In this document: positions 51,858 through 62,524 of the stretch, piece after piece | Numbering within the stretch: the first letter of the stretch is position 1 | Layout: every line of letters begins with the position of its first letter | Assembly (NCBI GenBank): GCA_045629905.1 | Contig: JAZQSA010000019.1 | Coordinates: forward strand, 2,735 to 66,734 | Reading direction: 5' to 3' | Origin: Alistipes sp. | Lineage (GTDB): Bacteria; Bacteroidota; Bacteroidia; Bacteroidales; Rikenellaceae | DNA: 64,000 nucleotides | Position numbers and translations under genes: made by a program | The notes under the pieces: generated by a model | What the model saw: only the letters and a program-made list of their open reading frames with translations | Database searches by the model: none | Told to the model about the DNA's origin: nothing

Positions 51858-53603
51858 ATGAAACTTTCAAGAATCACGACTTTATTGGTTGCCGCTGCTA
51901 TGCTTGCGGTCGGTTGCCAAAACGAAGATTTGAAAATCAACAACGAAACGGGCAGCGACTCTGCGGGTTATCTCTCACTCAAAGGGCTAAACGTAGAGTG
52001 CGTAGTAGACCACAAGCCTGTCGATGAGGATGTAGCCAACAAACACAACCAGGCTGCAACTCGTGGCGCGGAGGAGGTCGATATCAACACCTTCGACTGC
52101 GTAATCACCGATGCTACGGGCGAGAATGTCATCACCTCTTTCAAGTATGGCCAACGCCCAAGCGAGGCTATCACACTCGATGCAGGCAACTACATCTTTA
52201 AGATGATGTCGGGCGAGGTTCCTGCCGCAGCGTGGGAGAGCCCTGTTTATGGTTTGACCGAGCCATTTACCATCGTTCGCAAGCAGACAACCGAATTGAC
52301 CGATTTGGTTTGTACGTTGCAGAATATCCAGGTGTCGATTTCCTATGCAGCCGATTTGCGTGCCGCATTGAGCGACGATACGGTTGCCAACGTAAGCATT
52401 GCCAACAATTCGCTCACCTACGTTATCGACGAGACCCGCTCGGGTTATTTCTATGCGCCTAATGCACAGAACGATATTGAGGTTGTCGTTGTCGGCAAAT
52501 ATACTCCGGAAGGCAAAACCGAAGCCCAGCAAATCGAGATGACCGCAACCATCAAGAATGTTAAGGCTGGCCAATACAGCGACATCTACTTCTTCATCGA
52601 GTACTCGGGCGAGGGTAATATAAATGTTGGTGCCGAAATCGACGGTTGGGTTGTAGACGAGGAGATTATCTTCGACTTCTCGGTACTCCTCTCGGAGGAT
52701 GTTATGGTCGATGACGACGACAAGCCAATAATCAGTATGCCTAATTACGACATCGACACCCCACTTTCGCTCTACGCTTCGGACTTCGACGACCGTGGCA
52801 ACTGCTTGAAAGATATTATTGTCAATGTTGCAACCTCGAACGAGGAGAGCACTATCGCGTCGCTCGTTATCGACATCACCTCGACCAATGGTGCATTTAT
52901 CGCATCGCTCTCGGAGTTCAATATCCCGCAATCGTTTGACCTCTGTAATGCAGGTAGCGCAACTTCGGCACTCAAACTGATGGGCTACCCTGTAAATAAC
53001 GACCTGCTCGGCCACTCGACCGCAATGTTCGACCTCACGGCACAGATGAAACTACTCAAAGAGTTCGGCGGAACGCACTCTTTCAAGATTACCGTTCGTG
53101 ACGATAAGGGTGGTGTGAGCGAAAAGACTCTGCAAATTGTTATCGAAGGTGGTCAAAGTGGCCCAACTCTTGTATGGAGCGGTTACGACATCAACACTCG
53201 CTATGTAGTTACCGACGACCTGACCGTAGACCTCAAACTCCTCATTCCTTCGGGCATCAAGAGTTTCACGGTGCAGATTATCTCGGAGGTTCTTACACCT
53301 TCGCAGTTGAGCGGTGTAGGCTTGTGTGATGTACTCGACCTCTGCGACCCTTCGAAGTCGTATGACTCGACAAACCCAGACAATACCGACACTTCGGAGG
53401 TTGCTACGGCACTGACCAACTTCGGCTTTATGCCGGCCGACGGTTCGGGTAGCTGGTTGAATGCAACTGAGGCAAACCTCAGTATCACGAAGTTCCTCGG
53501 CTTGTTGAAGATTACGGGTGCCGGCAGCCACGACTTTGCTATCAACATCGTTGATAATGATGGCAATACGCTCAATAAGACTTTGATGTTGTTAACCGAA
53601 TAA
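51858..53603 (+). CDS. DUF4493-like lipoprotein
   Basis: Lipobox AVGC, TRG, AAWESPVYG, CTLQNIQVSISY. Confidence 0.62.
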   Translation: MKLSRITTLLVAAAMLAVGCQNEDLKINNETGSDSAGYLSLKGLNVECVVDHKPVDEDVANKHNQAATRGAEEVDINTFDCVITDATGENVITSFKYGQRPSEAITLDAGNYIFKMMSGEVPAAAWESPVYGLTEPFTIVRKQTTELTDLVCTLQNIQVSISYAADLRAALSDDTVANVSIANNSLTYVIDETRSGYFYAPNAQNDIEVVVVGKYTPEGKTEAQQIEMTATIKNVKAGQYSDIYFFIEYSGEGNINVGAEIDGWVVDEEIIFDFSVLLSEDVMVDDDDKPIISMPNYDIDTPLSLYASDFDDRGNCLKDIIVNVATSNEESTIASLVIDITSTNGAFIASLSEFNIPQSFDLCNAGSATSALKLMGYPVNNDLLGHSTAMFDLTAQMKLLKEFGGTHSFKITVRDDKGGVSEKTLQIVIEGGQSGPTLVWSGYDINTRYVVTDDLTVDLKLLIPSGIKSFTVQIISEVLTPSQLSGVGLCDVLDLCDPSKSYDSTNPDNTDTSEVATALTNFGFMPADGSGSWLNATEANLSITKFLGLLKITGAGSHDFAINIVDNDGNTLNKTLMLLTE

Positions 53604-55693
53604 TGGAGGCAGTGATGAAAAATTTCATAAAACTTATGACTTTTGCGGCTGCGATGCTCTGTATGGCATCGTGCGCCAACTCCATCGAGGAGCCACAACT
53701 TACTATGGGAGAGGGCGAAGGCGTCTTGACCCTAAATATAAACTATGTAGCAACCCGTAGCGACGAGACCGCTGTCGAGAACTTCTCGATGAAAATCTAT
53801 CGCTACGCCGCAGCCGATGAGAATGGAGAGCGCGCCAAGGAGTTGGTTCGTAAATACACCTCGCGCGATGCTGTACCTCAATACATTTGGCTTCTGCAAG
53901 ACCAATATTGCGTATCGGTTAAGGTTGGCGAGAAGGAGCAGGCTTCGTTCGAGAGCAAATATTTCGAGGGCGAGAGCGACTTTGCCATTACCCCCGGTAA
54001 GATTGCCGAGGTGGACCTCAAATGTAATATGGTAAATATCCCTGTTGCTGTTGCCTACGATGCAAATATCGCTTCGCACTTTACCAAAGAGTTCTACTCT
54101 TATGTATGCGCAAGCGACTCGTTTGACCTCGATAGCGCAAAGGGCAACAAAGTTCCTACGCTCAAATACACATCGAGCACTACGGGCTATTTCATTCTTC
54201 CCGAGGGTTGCACTACCCTCTCGTGGTACTTCTATGGTAACGACGGCACAGATACTGTTTCGCAAACGGGCATCATCGAGAATGTTAAACCTCTCACGCT
54301 CTACACTCTCAAATTCAAATACTCAAAAGATGCTCCTGGTGGCGTTGTTGTAACCGCCAAAGTCGATACATCGGCCGAACATCGCGAGGATAAAGTGCCA
54401 TTCAGCCCGGACCCAACGGTCAAAGGTAATGGTTTCAACGTGGATAATATCTATGCCTACACATCGGGCGAGCGCACCTATTTTGTCAATGCTCTCGACA
54501 ACATCACACAACTCAACATCGTTGCCGACGGCACAACCTTCGACCTGCTCGCATCGACCTATCCAGGCATTGCCGTAAATGCTATTTCGGGCAAGGAGTA
54601 TCACATCACTCTGTCGTACGACTTCTTTAATTCGCTTGCCGGTGGAGAGCAGACTCTCGCATTCCGCATCAAAGATGCCAGCGGTGGCGTGGGTTATGTG
54701 GAGGCTCCATATCAACTCCAAGGTGTCTTGCCGCTTAACTCTACCGACTACGACCTCTGGTTCAACTCGGCAGATTTCAAGGCACAAGCATTTGGTTCAC
54801 CATCGAATATCGAGATTGGTTATCGCATTGCCGGTGGCGAATGGAAGAAATTTGCAGCTTCGGCAGCTTCGGCAGCCAACCAATACAACGCTTTGGCTAA
54901 CGAATTTGCAGCAGGCAAGAACTACGAATATGCGATGTTCGTAAATTCGGTACAAGTTGGTCGCGCACTGACTATCAACACCCCTGATGGCGCACAAATT
55001 CCTGAATCCGATTTCGAGAATTGGACGCACCTCAACAACAAGGTTTGGTGTCCTACGGCTGTCTATGGTACCGGTCTTTGGGATACAGGTAACCACGCTA
55101 CGGGCACTCTCGATTTGGAGAACCTCACATACGCATCGAACGATGTTCGACCTGGCTCGACCGGCACAAAGAGTGCCTACCTCCATTCGATTAAGGCTTC
55201 GGTGATGGGTGTAGGTAAGTTTGCCGCAGGTAACCTCTTTGTGGGTACATTTATCCGCATTAGCGGTATGGGTGGTATCCTCGATTTCGGTAAGCCATTT
55301 ACCTATACGGCTCGTCCAAAGGCTGTTCGTATGTGGGTAAAATACAACGTTGGCACGATTGACAACAAGGGCGACATCAACGCTTCGGGTCCAGACCTCA
55401 CGAAGATTTACATCTGCTTGTGCAATACAACTACCCCATACCGTGTCGATACCAACGACTCTAAAACTCTGTTCGACCCTCGAACATCGCCAAATATTGT
55501 TGCTAACGGTGTGTTTGAGAGCCACGTCTCGAATACAGAGTGGCACTTGTTGGAGATACCTATTGAATATAAAGACGAAAACACCAAACCTAACTTCCTT
55601 GTTATGACACTCTCTTGTAGCGGCTACGGCGACTATTTTGCCGGTAGTACTGCCAGCTGGATGTATGTCGATGACTTGGAGTTGGTATACTAA
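53603..55693 (+). CDS. DUF4493-like lipoprotein with C-terminal PCMD (putative carbohydrate metabolism) domain
   Basis: Lipobox MASC, TRS, WDTGN, KFAAGNLFVG, GDYFAGS...YVDDLELVY. Confidence 0.68.
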   Translation: MEAVMKNFIKLMTFAAAMLCMASCANSIEEPQLTMGEGEGVLTLNINYVATRSDETAVENFSMKIYRYAAADENGERAKELVRKYTSRDAVPQYIWLLQDQYCVSVKVGEKEQASFESKYFEGESDFAITPGKIAEVDLKCNMVNIPVAVAYDANIASHFTKEFYSYVCASDSFDLDSAKGNKVPTLKYTSSTTGYFILPEGCTTLSWYFYGNDGTDTVSQTGIIENVKPLTLYTLKFKYSKDAPGGVVVTAKVDTSAEHREDKVPFSPDPTVKGNGFNVDNIYAYTSGERTYFVNALDNITQLNIVADGTTFDLLASTYPGIAVNAISGKEYHITLSYDFFNSLAGGEQTLAFRIKDASGGVGYVEAPYQLQGVLPLNSTDYDLWFNSADFKAQAFGSPSNIEIGYRIAGGEWKKFAASAASAANQYNALANEFAAGKNYEYAMFVNSVQVGRALTINTPDGAQIPESDFENWTHLNNKVWCPTAVYGTGLWDTGNHATGTLDLENLTYASNDVRPGSTGTKSAYLHSIKASVMGVGKFAAGNLFVGTFIRISGMGGILDFGKPFTYTARPKAVRMWVKYNVGTIDNKGDINASGPDLTKIYICLCNTTTPYRVDTNDSKTLFDPRTSPNIVANGVFESHVSNTEWHLLEIPIEYKDENTKPNFLVMTLSCSGYGDYFAGSTASWMYVDDLELVY

Positions 55694-55711
55694 ACGAAGA
55701 GACAACAAACA

Positions 55712-56530
55712 ATGTTTCAAAGCAAGAAATTAGCGATATTTGCAATATTTGCTCTATTCTCGCTCTATGCCGAGGCTCAAACGAATAGCGTAGCCGACTC
55801 AACTGCGGTTGCAGTCGATACGCTATCGTCGAAGCCTATGAGTCGTAGAGAGTTTCGCAAAAATAGAGGTTTGTCGAATATCAAGAACCATATCGTACCA
55901 AAAGGACAATGGATTTTTGGTGGTACAATGTCCTATTCGACCCACACCAATTCGAGTTATAAATTCTTGGTCGTAGACGATATCGACTCAAAGGGTTACA
56001 CGCTCAAAGTGAGTCCTATAATCGGTTATGCACTTCGCCAAAATTCGATGATTGGTGCTCGCTTGGCATACTCGCGCTCATTCTTGGAGATGAATTCGGC
56101 CGAGTTAAATCTGGGAGAGGGCGATGGTGCGCTCAACTTCGGCGTCGATTACTACTACGCGCTCAAACACTCCTACGAAGTGATTGCCATTTGGCGACAG
56201 TATATTCCGCTCGGCCGCAGCAAACGACTTGCTCTGTTCAGCGAATTTCAGTTGTCATTCGGAGGCTCACAATCGAAGTTTGCCGAGGGTTCGCCAATTC
56301 GTGGTACTTTTGCCAAGAGTTTCGATATTGCGCTGGGTGTAAATCCGGGCATCGTGGCCTTCGTGACAAACAATATGGCCTTCGAGGTTAATATCGGTGT
56401 GCTGGGTCTATCGTATAGCCATACCGAGCAGATTCACAACCAGATTATGAAGGGTGAGACCTCTGCAAGCTTAATGAATTTCAAGATAAACATCTTATCC
56501 ATCGGATTGGGTGTTGCGTTCTATCTATAA
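55712..56530 (+). CDS. Outer-membrane beta-barrel protein
   Basis: Signal peptide, alternating amphipathic strands, C-terminal GVAFYL. Confidence 0.65.
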   Translation: MFQSKKLAIFAIFALFSLYAEAQTNSVADSTAVAVDTLSSKPMSRREFRKNRGLSNIKNHIVPKGQWIFGGTMSYSTHTNSSYKFLVVDDIDSKGYTLKVSPIIGYALRQNSMIGARLAYSRSFLEMNSAELNLGEGDGALNFGVDYYYALKHSYEVIAIWRQYIPLGRSKRLALFSEFQLSFGGSQSKFAEGSPIRGTFAKSFDIALGVNPGIVAFVTNNMAFEVNIGVLGLSYSHTEQIHNQIMKGETSASLMNFKINILSIGLGVAFYL

Positions 56531-56542
56531 ATCGGCGGAATT

Positions 56543-57415
56543 ATGAAAAAGATATTTATTTCAGTTCTTTTGATTGCCGCCGTAAATATCGGTATGGCGC
56601 AAAATCAAGAGGTCGAAACAACAACATTGTCGGTCGCAACGCCTGTCGTGGCAGAGAGCAACGATTCGGCAACCTCGGCTACCAATGGCGAATCGCTCAA
56701 AAAGCGGAGTCGCAAGCCTCGTTTCGACCGCGAAATCAACAAAAACAAATTCGTCTTTAAGGGCGAGTGGATGATGGGTCTTACAGCCTCGTATGGCACT
56801 CTCACGACCGAGGATACCAATATCGGTTTGATTTTTGACAACTTGAAGCTCAACGGCTCAATCATATCCATCAAACCATTCTTCGGCTACTTTTTCAGCG
56901 ACAACCACTGTATCGGTCTGCGTCTGGGTTACTCCTACGCTTCGGGAGGTTTAGGCAACGCTGCCATCAATTTGGGTGCAGCCAACGATGTCAATATCTC
57001 GATTGGCAATATGGAGTATAAGAACAACTCCTACGCCTTTGGCCTCTACCTTCGCTCCTATATGTCACTCGACCGTCGTGGCCGATTTGGTCTGTTTAGC
57101 GAGTGGGAGTTGTCGGGTTCGGTCGGTCGCTCGGAGTTTGCTTACAAGAGTGGCGAGACGTGGAATCGAGGTATATCCGATGTCTACAAATGCAAATTGT
57201 CGTTCAACCCGGGCATTGCTATATACATATTCCCAAATGTATGCGCAAGTGTCTCATTCGGCTTGGGCGGTCTGCAATACACCCACACCCGACAGATGGA
57301 CGGCGAAGGCAATTATACGGGTAAGCGCAACTTCTCGAAATTGCGTTTCCGCCTCAATATCGCCGATATCAACGTCGGTATGACCATTCACTTGTGGAAC
57401 AAGAAAAAAGATTGA
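56543..57415 (+). CDS. Outer-membrane beta-barrel protein (paralog of the preceding gene)
   Basis: KGEWMMG vs KGQWIFG; FNPGIAIY vs VNPGIVAF. Confidence 0.65.
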   Translation: MKKIFISVLLIAAVNIGMAQNQEVETTTLSVATPVVAESNDSATSATNGESLKKRSRKPRFDREINKNKFVFKGEWMMGLTASYGTLTTEDTNIGLIFDNLKLNGSIISIKPFFGYFFSDNHCIGLRLGYSYASGGLGNAAINLGAANDVNISIGNMEYKNNSYAFGLYLRSYMSLDRRGRFGLFSEWELSGSVGRSEFAYKSGETWNRGISDVYKCKLSFNPGIAIYIFPNVCASVSFGLGGLQYTHTRQMDGEGNYTGKRNFSKLRFRLNIADINVGMTIHLWNKKKD

Positions 57416-57423
57416 TTAGAGAG

Positions 57424-59046
57424 ATGAAAATTAAGCATTTAACTATACTTATCGGAACTATTGCTTGCGCTCTCACATCGTGCATCAAAAACGATATACC
57501 CTATCCGATAATCCCGATGGAAATTCTCTCCATCGAGGTTGAAGGTGCGTCGGGTGATTGTACAATCGACTACGTTAATCGCGCCATTACCATTCCATTG
57601 GCCGAAAATGTCGATATTCGAAACGTGCGCATAACCAACGTTACCTGCACCGAGAATGCTCTGCTTTCGAGAGAGATTATCGGCACGCACGATATGCGTT
57701 ATCCGCAATATGTAACCCTGTCGCTCTATCAGGACTACGAGTGGGTTATCACCGCAAAGCAGGAGATTGACCGCCAATTCAGCGTTGTCGGCCAGATTGG
57801 CGATGCCGAGTGGGACGTGGCTCGAAACATTGCACGCGTATATCGCCGCTCCGATTTTGCGCTCGACACGGTGACCGTCACACGTTTGCGTTTTGGTCCA
57901 TCACCCGAGTACGACTACCCTGCCGCTTCGACATTCCGCAACTTCAACAACGAAAATCACACCCAAACAGCAACCGTAAATTGCTTTGGTCGTCGTGAGA
58001 TTTGGCGACTTATCGTCGAGCCGAAAGATATTCAAATCGACTTCTCGCGCGTTGTACCTGGCTCGCAAGTCGTTTGGTTGAGAGCCGTCGGTATCGATGG
58101 TGCAGAAACGGGCTTCCGTTATCGACAGAAGGGGGCGGAAGAGTGGTTGGAGGCCGATGCTGCTTGGTACACATCGACAGGTGGAACTATCGAGGCAACT
58201 TTGCGCCACCTCTCGCCAGAGACCGAATACGAGGTGTTGGGCTACGCCATAACCGATGAGGGCGAGCAGACCTCGGAGATTCGAACTATCCGCACCGACA
58301 AACTCTTTACGCTCCCTAACTCAAAGTTTGAGGAGTGGTGCTATACCAACGACGTATACTACCCTTATCTGACCGAAGAGCAGGCTTGGTGGGGAACAGG
58401 TAACCCTGCATCGAAAGTTGCGGGCATCAACCTCACAACGCCTTACACGGGCCCATTGGCCGATGGTAAGAGTGGCTACGCAGCCCAACTCTGGTCGCAG
58501 AAGGCCAACGTTATGGGTATCGGTAAATTTGCAGCAGGTAACTACTTTGCAGGCCGTTTCGACCGCATTGTAGGCACCAACGGACTCGTTATGTTCGGCC
58601 GACCATTTACCCTCCGCCCTACCGCTCTGCGTGGTTGGGTCAAGTATCAGCAGGGTATCGTGAACTGCGCTCCAAATGGTGGCACAAATGGTAAGACTCC
58701 TGCCAATGGCGACCCCGATGTCGGCGCAATATATATTGCTATCGGCTGTTGGGACCCTGCCGTATATGGCGGCGATGCCGACTCTCCGATACTCATCGAC
58801 ACGCGCGACGAATCGACTTTCTTCACATCATCGAATCCCGATATTATCGCCTATGGTGAGATTATCTACAACGAGTCGTGTGATTGGTATCAGTTCGAGA
58901 TTCCATTGGAGTATCGCTCGTTCGACCGCAAACCTACACATATCGTAATTGTTTGTTCCGGTTCGCGTTACGGCGATTACTTCGTTGGTTCATCAAACTC
59001 GATAATGTGGCTCGACGACTTTGAACTCTTGTTCGACTATGAATAA
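57424..59046 (+). CDS. PCMD-domain lipoprotein with FN3-like segment
   Basis: Lipobox LTSC-IKNDIPYP; LSPETEYEV; WGTGN; KFAAGNYFAG; GDYFVGS...WLDDFEL. Confidence 0.68.
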   Translation: MKIKHLTILIGTIACALTSCIKNDIPYPIIPMEILSIEVEGASGDCTIDYVNRAITIPLAENVDIRNVRITNVTCTENALLSREIIGTHDMRYPQYVTLSLYQDYEWVITAKQEIDRQFSVVGQIGDAEWDVARNIARVYRRSDFALDTVTVTRLRFGPSPEYDYPAASTFRNFNNENHTQTATVNCFGRREIWRLIVEPKDIQIDFSRVVPGSQVVWLRAVGIDGAETGFRYRQKGAEEWLEADAAWYTSTGGTIEATLRHLSPETEYEVLGYAITDEGEQTSEIRTIRTDKLFTLPNSKFEEWCYTNDVYYPYLTEEQAWWGTGNPASKVAGINLTTPYTGPLADGKSGYAAQLWSQKANVMGIGKFAAGNYFAGRFDRIVGTNGLVMFGRPFTLRPTALRGWVKYQQGIVNCAPNGGTNGKTPANGDPDVGAIYIAIGCWDPAVYGGDADSPILIDTRDESTFFTSSNPDIIAYGEIIYNESCDWYQFEIPLEYRSFDRKPTHIVIVCSGSRYGDYFVGSSNSIMWLDDFELLFDYE

Positions 59047-59680
59047 CGATTTGGCGGCTATCGATGCGCAACTGATTGAGTATATCGAGGGCGAGATTAT
59101 CCCCCGCTATCGCACCTTCGACAAGGCGCATAGCGAGAGCCACGCCCGACAAGTCATAACGCGCAGTATCGCTCTGGCGCACAACTTTGATACCGATGCG
59201 GCAATGGTCTACACCATTGCCGCTTATCACGATTTGGGTTTGTGCGACGGGCGCGAGCGACACCATATCGTATCGGGCGAGATTTTGACGGCCGACACCC
59301 GTTTGCGACAATTCTTCTCCGAGGAGCAGATAGAGACTATGCGCGAAGCAGTCGAAGACCATCGTGCATCGAGCGACCATTCGCCTCGCTCGATATATGG
59401 TCGCATTGTGGCCGAGGCCGACCGACTTATCGATGCCGAAACAATCGTGCGACGCACCATACAATATAGCCTATCGCACTACCCTGCGCTCACGACCGAG
59501 GGTCATTTCAAGCGCTGCGTTTTGCATCTGCACGAGAAGTATGGTCGCAACGGTTATCTGCGCCTATGGATTGAGGAGTCGGACAACGCCCGACGGTTGG
59601 AGGAGTTACGGCAAATAATCGAACAGCCACAACAACTTCGCCTACTATTTGAGCAGATATACAACGAGGAGAGCCATTAG
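59039..59680 (+). CDS. HD-domain phosphohydrolase
   Basis: FDKAH...H, AAYHDLG, EDHRAS, AEADR. Confidence 0.85.
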   Translation: MNNDLAAIDAQLIEYIEGEIIPRYRTFDKAHSESHARQVITRSIALAHNFDTDAAMVYTIAAYHDLGLCDGRERHHIVSGEILTADTRLRQFFSEEQIETMREAVEDHRASSDHSPRSIYGRIVAEADRLIDAETIVRRTIQYSLSHYPALTTEGHFKRCVLHLHEKYGRNGYLRLWIEESDNARRLEELRQIIEQPQQLRLLFEQIYNEESH

Positions 59681-59711
59681 ACTCTCCTCGCGCGTTATTT
59701 ATCCCTACTCA

Positions 59712-60329
59712 CTATTCTATATACCCATTCTCGCGTTGCCACTCTTCGTATGCTGCATCGTTGAGTGGACCATAGATGCGCTCGTCGAGATATGTTTTGA
59801 GATACTTTGCGCGCTCTTCGGCTGTACCTATACGCCCATAAAGACGATAGTATGTGCCATCTTTATAGGTATGTTTCGATGGTGTTACACCCTCCAAAAT
59901 AAATCTGTTATTCTTAAACGATAGCAATTTTAGTCGGGTCGTAGCACTCTCATACCCTTGCTTTTGCAGTTCGGGGTCGGTCAAGATTATCGAGTTTGTT
60001 TCGTAGTCAATCTCCCAATGCAAAGTTGTATATAGCGCATAATAGATATATCCTGGACTTGGCACAAGCTGATAGCATTGACGGCACTCTCCATCTTTTG
60101 AAAATATTAAGTCGGCCCTTGGGTCTCCTTTTCCCGGCGGGTTGCCGGTTATATCCTGTGTTATGGTATTGAATCTAACCTTGTAATCTATATAAGAAAT
60201 CCAATTATCGACTATACATACACCCTCTATCGCGCTATCTGTCATATTGTCTACCGATGGCACTTCGTCGCTCTTTTGACAAGCCACCATTGTCATTAAA
60301 GCACATAGAATTAAAAGTATTCGTTTCAT
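59712..60329 (-). CDS. Hypothetical lipoprotein
   Basis: Lipobox MVAC; 13 nt downstream of the C10 peptidase gene. Confidence 0.7.
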   Translation of the reverse strand: MKRILLILCALMTMVACQKSDEVPSVDNMTDSAIEGVCIVDNWISYIDYKVRFNTITQDITGNPPGKGDPRADLIFSKDGECRQCYQLVPSPGYIYYALYTTLHWEIDYETNSIILTDPELQKQGYESATTRLKLLSFKNNRFILEGVTPSKHTYKDGTYYRLYGRIGTAEERAKYLKTYLDERIYGPLNDAAYEEWQRENGYIE

Positions 60330-60342
60330 AATATTCTACAAT

Positions 60343-61599
60343 TTAATAATTAACAATATAGAACCGGCAATTATAATTAGACGTAGCAGTTCCTTTGTAA
60401 TCACCAACGCCTAACTCTATGTCAGGATTTTCCACTGTAGTATCAAATGCTCCGATAGTGTAGTATCCATCACATAGGCCACCCCAGCCGAAATTGCAAT
60501 GAACCTTACGGGCTGTTAGATAATCATATACCACACCGCCATCAATCGTAAAACGAGGACAACCTATTTGGTATTCGTCCCAGCCATCAAGGACCCAAGC
60601 ATGAGCAGTATCTGCACCGCTTTGTTTTCCCCTCATTATCATAGGTTTCCCTAATCCGTACACTTTGCTAAAAACTGGGTTATATTCCCATTCGGTATAA
60701 TGCGCCCCACTATATCCTAGACCTCTCATAAATGATTGCACGCCATCAGACATGACTACACCAACATATCCTGAGGAATAATTTATGCCAAGACTTACAC
60801 CAACGGCATGAATTAATTTAGCTGCCTCCCGAAGATGAACAGCACGGGCTCCCTCCCCAAATTGACAATATGAAACTAAACTTAAATCTATTGGTGTATT
60901 ATTTACAGTTATAGAAGTTGTCCCTTCTGACCATTTTGTATGAAATAGAAATTGAGCAATTGCTACAGGAACACAACCAGCTAATGTGTCTATTTGATTA
61001 TTATAATGGCAGAATTGATTATAAGGACTATCTTGATGCCATTTCGTTCTCAAAAATGCAGGGCGATGATAATAAAACACCGTATCAGCGATTATACCAC
61101 CGGGATAAGGCAAAAATCCTGCGCGATTGTTTTGTACCGACATCTCGGCGTGATTCGTAATCAATGATGCAACGAATGGCCCTATCTCTTCGGTGTTTGA
61201 CGATGCAAAGTCCTCTTCGGTAAGTACGCTCTCATCGAGAATTGCAATTACGGGGGTTATACGAGCATCGGCCGATAATACAGCAGAGCCTTGCCCCTCT
61301 TCAAATTCAACGATGTACAACAAATCAGAAGGTAATGTCCTACCCGAACGAGTTCTTGCCCCTTTCAATTGCTTAATATTTTTAACGGTTCGAGGAGATT
61401 GCCCTGCACGTGTCTTCTCACCATCAATAAGACGCAAATCTCCATACAAATAGGTTAAGGCCTGCTCTTTGGAGATTTTGAGATTTGCAGTTGTTTTAGG
61501 GACAATTTCAATCTCTTCGTGCTGTGTTGTACAGGCTACGAAGATAGACATGATAGACATGATAGACATTGCTATCACATACTTAATACATCGTTTCAT
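60343..61599 (-). CDS. C10 (streptopain-like) cysteine peptidase with N-terminal prodomain, lipoprotein
   Basis: TKWHQDSPYN, LAGCVPVAIAQ, HAWVLDG, HCNFGWGGLCDGYY. Confidence 0.88.
   Translation of the reverse strand: MKRCIKYVIAMSIMSIMSIFVACTTQHEEIEIVPKTTANLKISKEQALTYLYGDLRLIDGEKTRAGQSPRTVKNIKQLKGARTRSGRTLPSDLLYIVEFEEGQGSAVLSADARITPVIAILDESVLTEEDFASSNTEEIGPFVASLITNHAEMSVQNNRAGFLPYPGGIIADTVFYYHRPAFLRTKWHQDSPYNQFCHYNNQIDTLAGCVPVAIAQFLFHTKWSEGTTSITVNNTPIDLSLVSYCQFGEGARAVHLREAAKLIHAVGVSLGINYSSGYVGVVMSDGVQSFMRGLGYSGAHYTEWEYNPVFSKVYGLGKPMIMRGKQSGADTAHAWVLDGWDEYQIGCPRFTIDGGVVYDYLTARKVHCNFGWGGLCDGYYTIGAFDTTVENPDIELGVGDYKGTATSNYNCRFYIVNY
61543..61569. repeat. Perfect 9-bp x3 repeat in the signal peptide (MSI x3)
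   Basis: GATAGACAT x3. Confidence 0.9.
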
Positions 61600-61762
61600 A
61601 GCATGCTGTTTTTATAAGTTTAACTAACCTTTTTCGTAAGCAATCTGCGATATGCAAACATTTGCAGATTGCTATACGGTTGCAATATAACAAAAAATAA
61701 TGATATATGCAAATATCTTCTAAAACAATGCTAAATAACGATAAACTGAAAAGACTGTTGCG

Positions 61763-62524
61763 CTATTTTGTAGCGACAAAGAGCAAGTCGAAGCACTCTG
61801 GAACGTATGGCTCAACCGAGTAGTCGCTCATCGCGATAGAGGTTGTAAGTTCGGTATTCTGTTTTAACAGGCGACGGCGATTGATGCGGTTAAGCACATC
61901 GTATGGCATTTGCAGCAACCATCGAGGCAGACGATGTTGCAGGTCGAGCAGGTCAAATCGAGTAATGCGCTCAACACTGCGACGATTCTTCTCGTAATAC
62001 TCCATCACACGCTCATTGCCGACGACGCCAAAGGCCTCGACCGACGAAAACTCACATTCGAGCAGACTGCGTAACTCATCGGCATTATACTCGCGAACGT
62101 GCCACGGATTACGCGTAAGCGAAGCCGGAGCGTTGGGCGTTGAGACGATAAACTTTCCACCCGGGCGCAGAACACGTGCAACCTCACGCACAAAGTCGAA
62201 ATCGCGTTTGATATGCTCGATAACCTGGAACGAAACGACATAGTCGAACCTATTGCTCTCAAAACCGATAGGCGGCACCATCATCTCGTAATACTCAACA
62301 TTGGAGAATTGGCGAAAATCATCGGCACGAAACTTATCGACCGTGATAAACTTATCGGCACACGGAGCCAAAATCTCGACACCATAGCCCGTACCCGTAC
62401 CAATCTCCAACACATCACCCCCAATAATCGAGGCTGCGTGGTGATAGGCCAACAGCGAACGTTGGAATACAAAGTTATCGGAAGCCTCCCGCGAAACGCG
62501 CTCGGCAGTGGTAATTTTAGCCAT
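61763..62524 (-). CDS. Class I SAM-dependent methyltransferase
   Basis: VLEIGTGTGYG, SFQVIEH, VLRPGGKFIVSTPN. Confidence 0.9.
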   Translation of the reverse strand: MAKITTAERVSREASDNFVFQRSLLAYHHAASIIGGDVLEIGTGTGYGVEILAPCADKFITVDKFRADDFRQFSNVEYYEMMVPPIGFESNRFDYVVSFQVIEHIKRDFDFVREVARVLRPGGKFIVSTPNAPASLTRNPWHVREYNADELRSLLECEFSSVEAFGVVGNERVMEYYEKNRRSVERITRFDLLDLQHRLPRWLLQMPYDVLNRINRRRLLKQNTELTTSIAMSDYSVEPYVPECFDLLFVATK

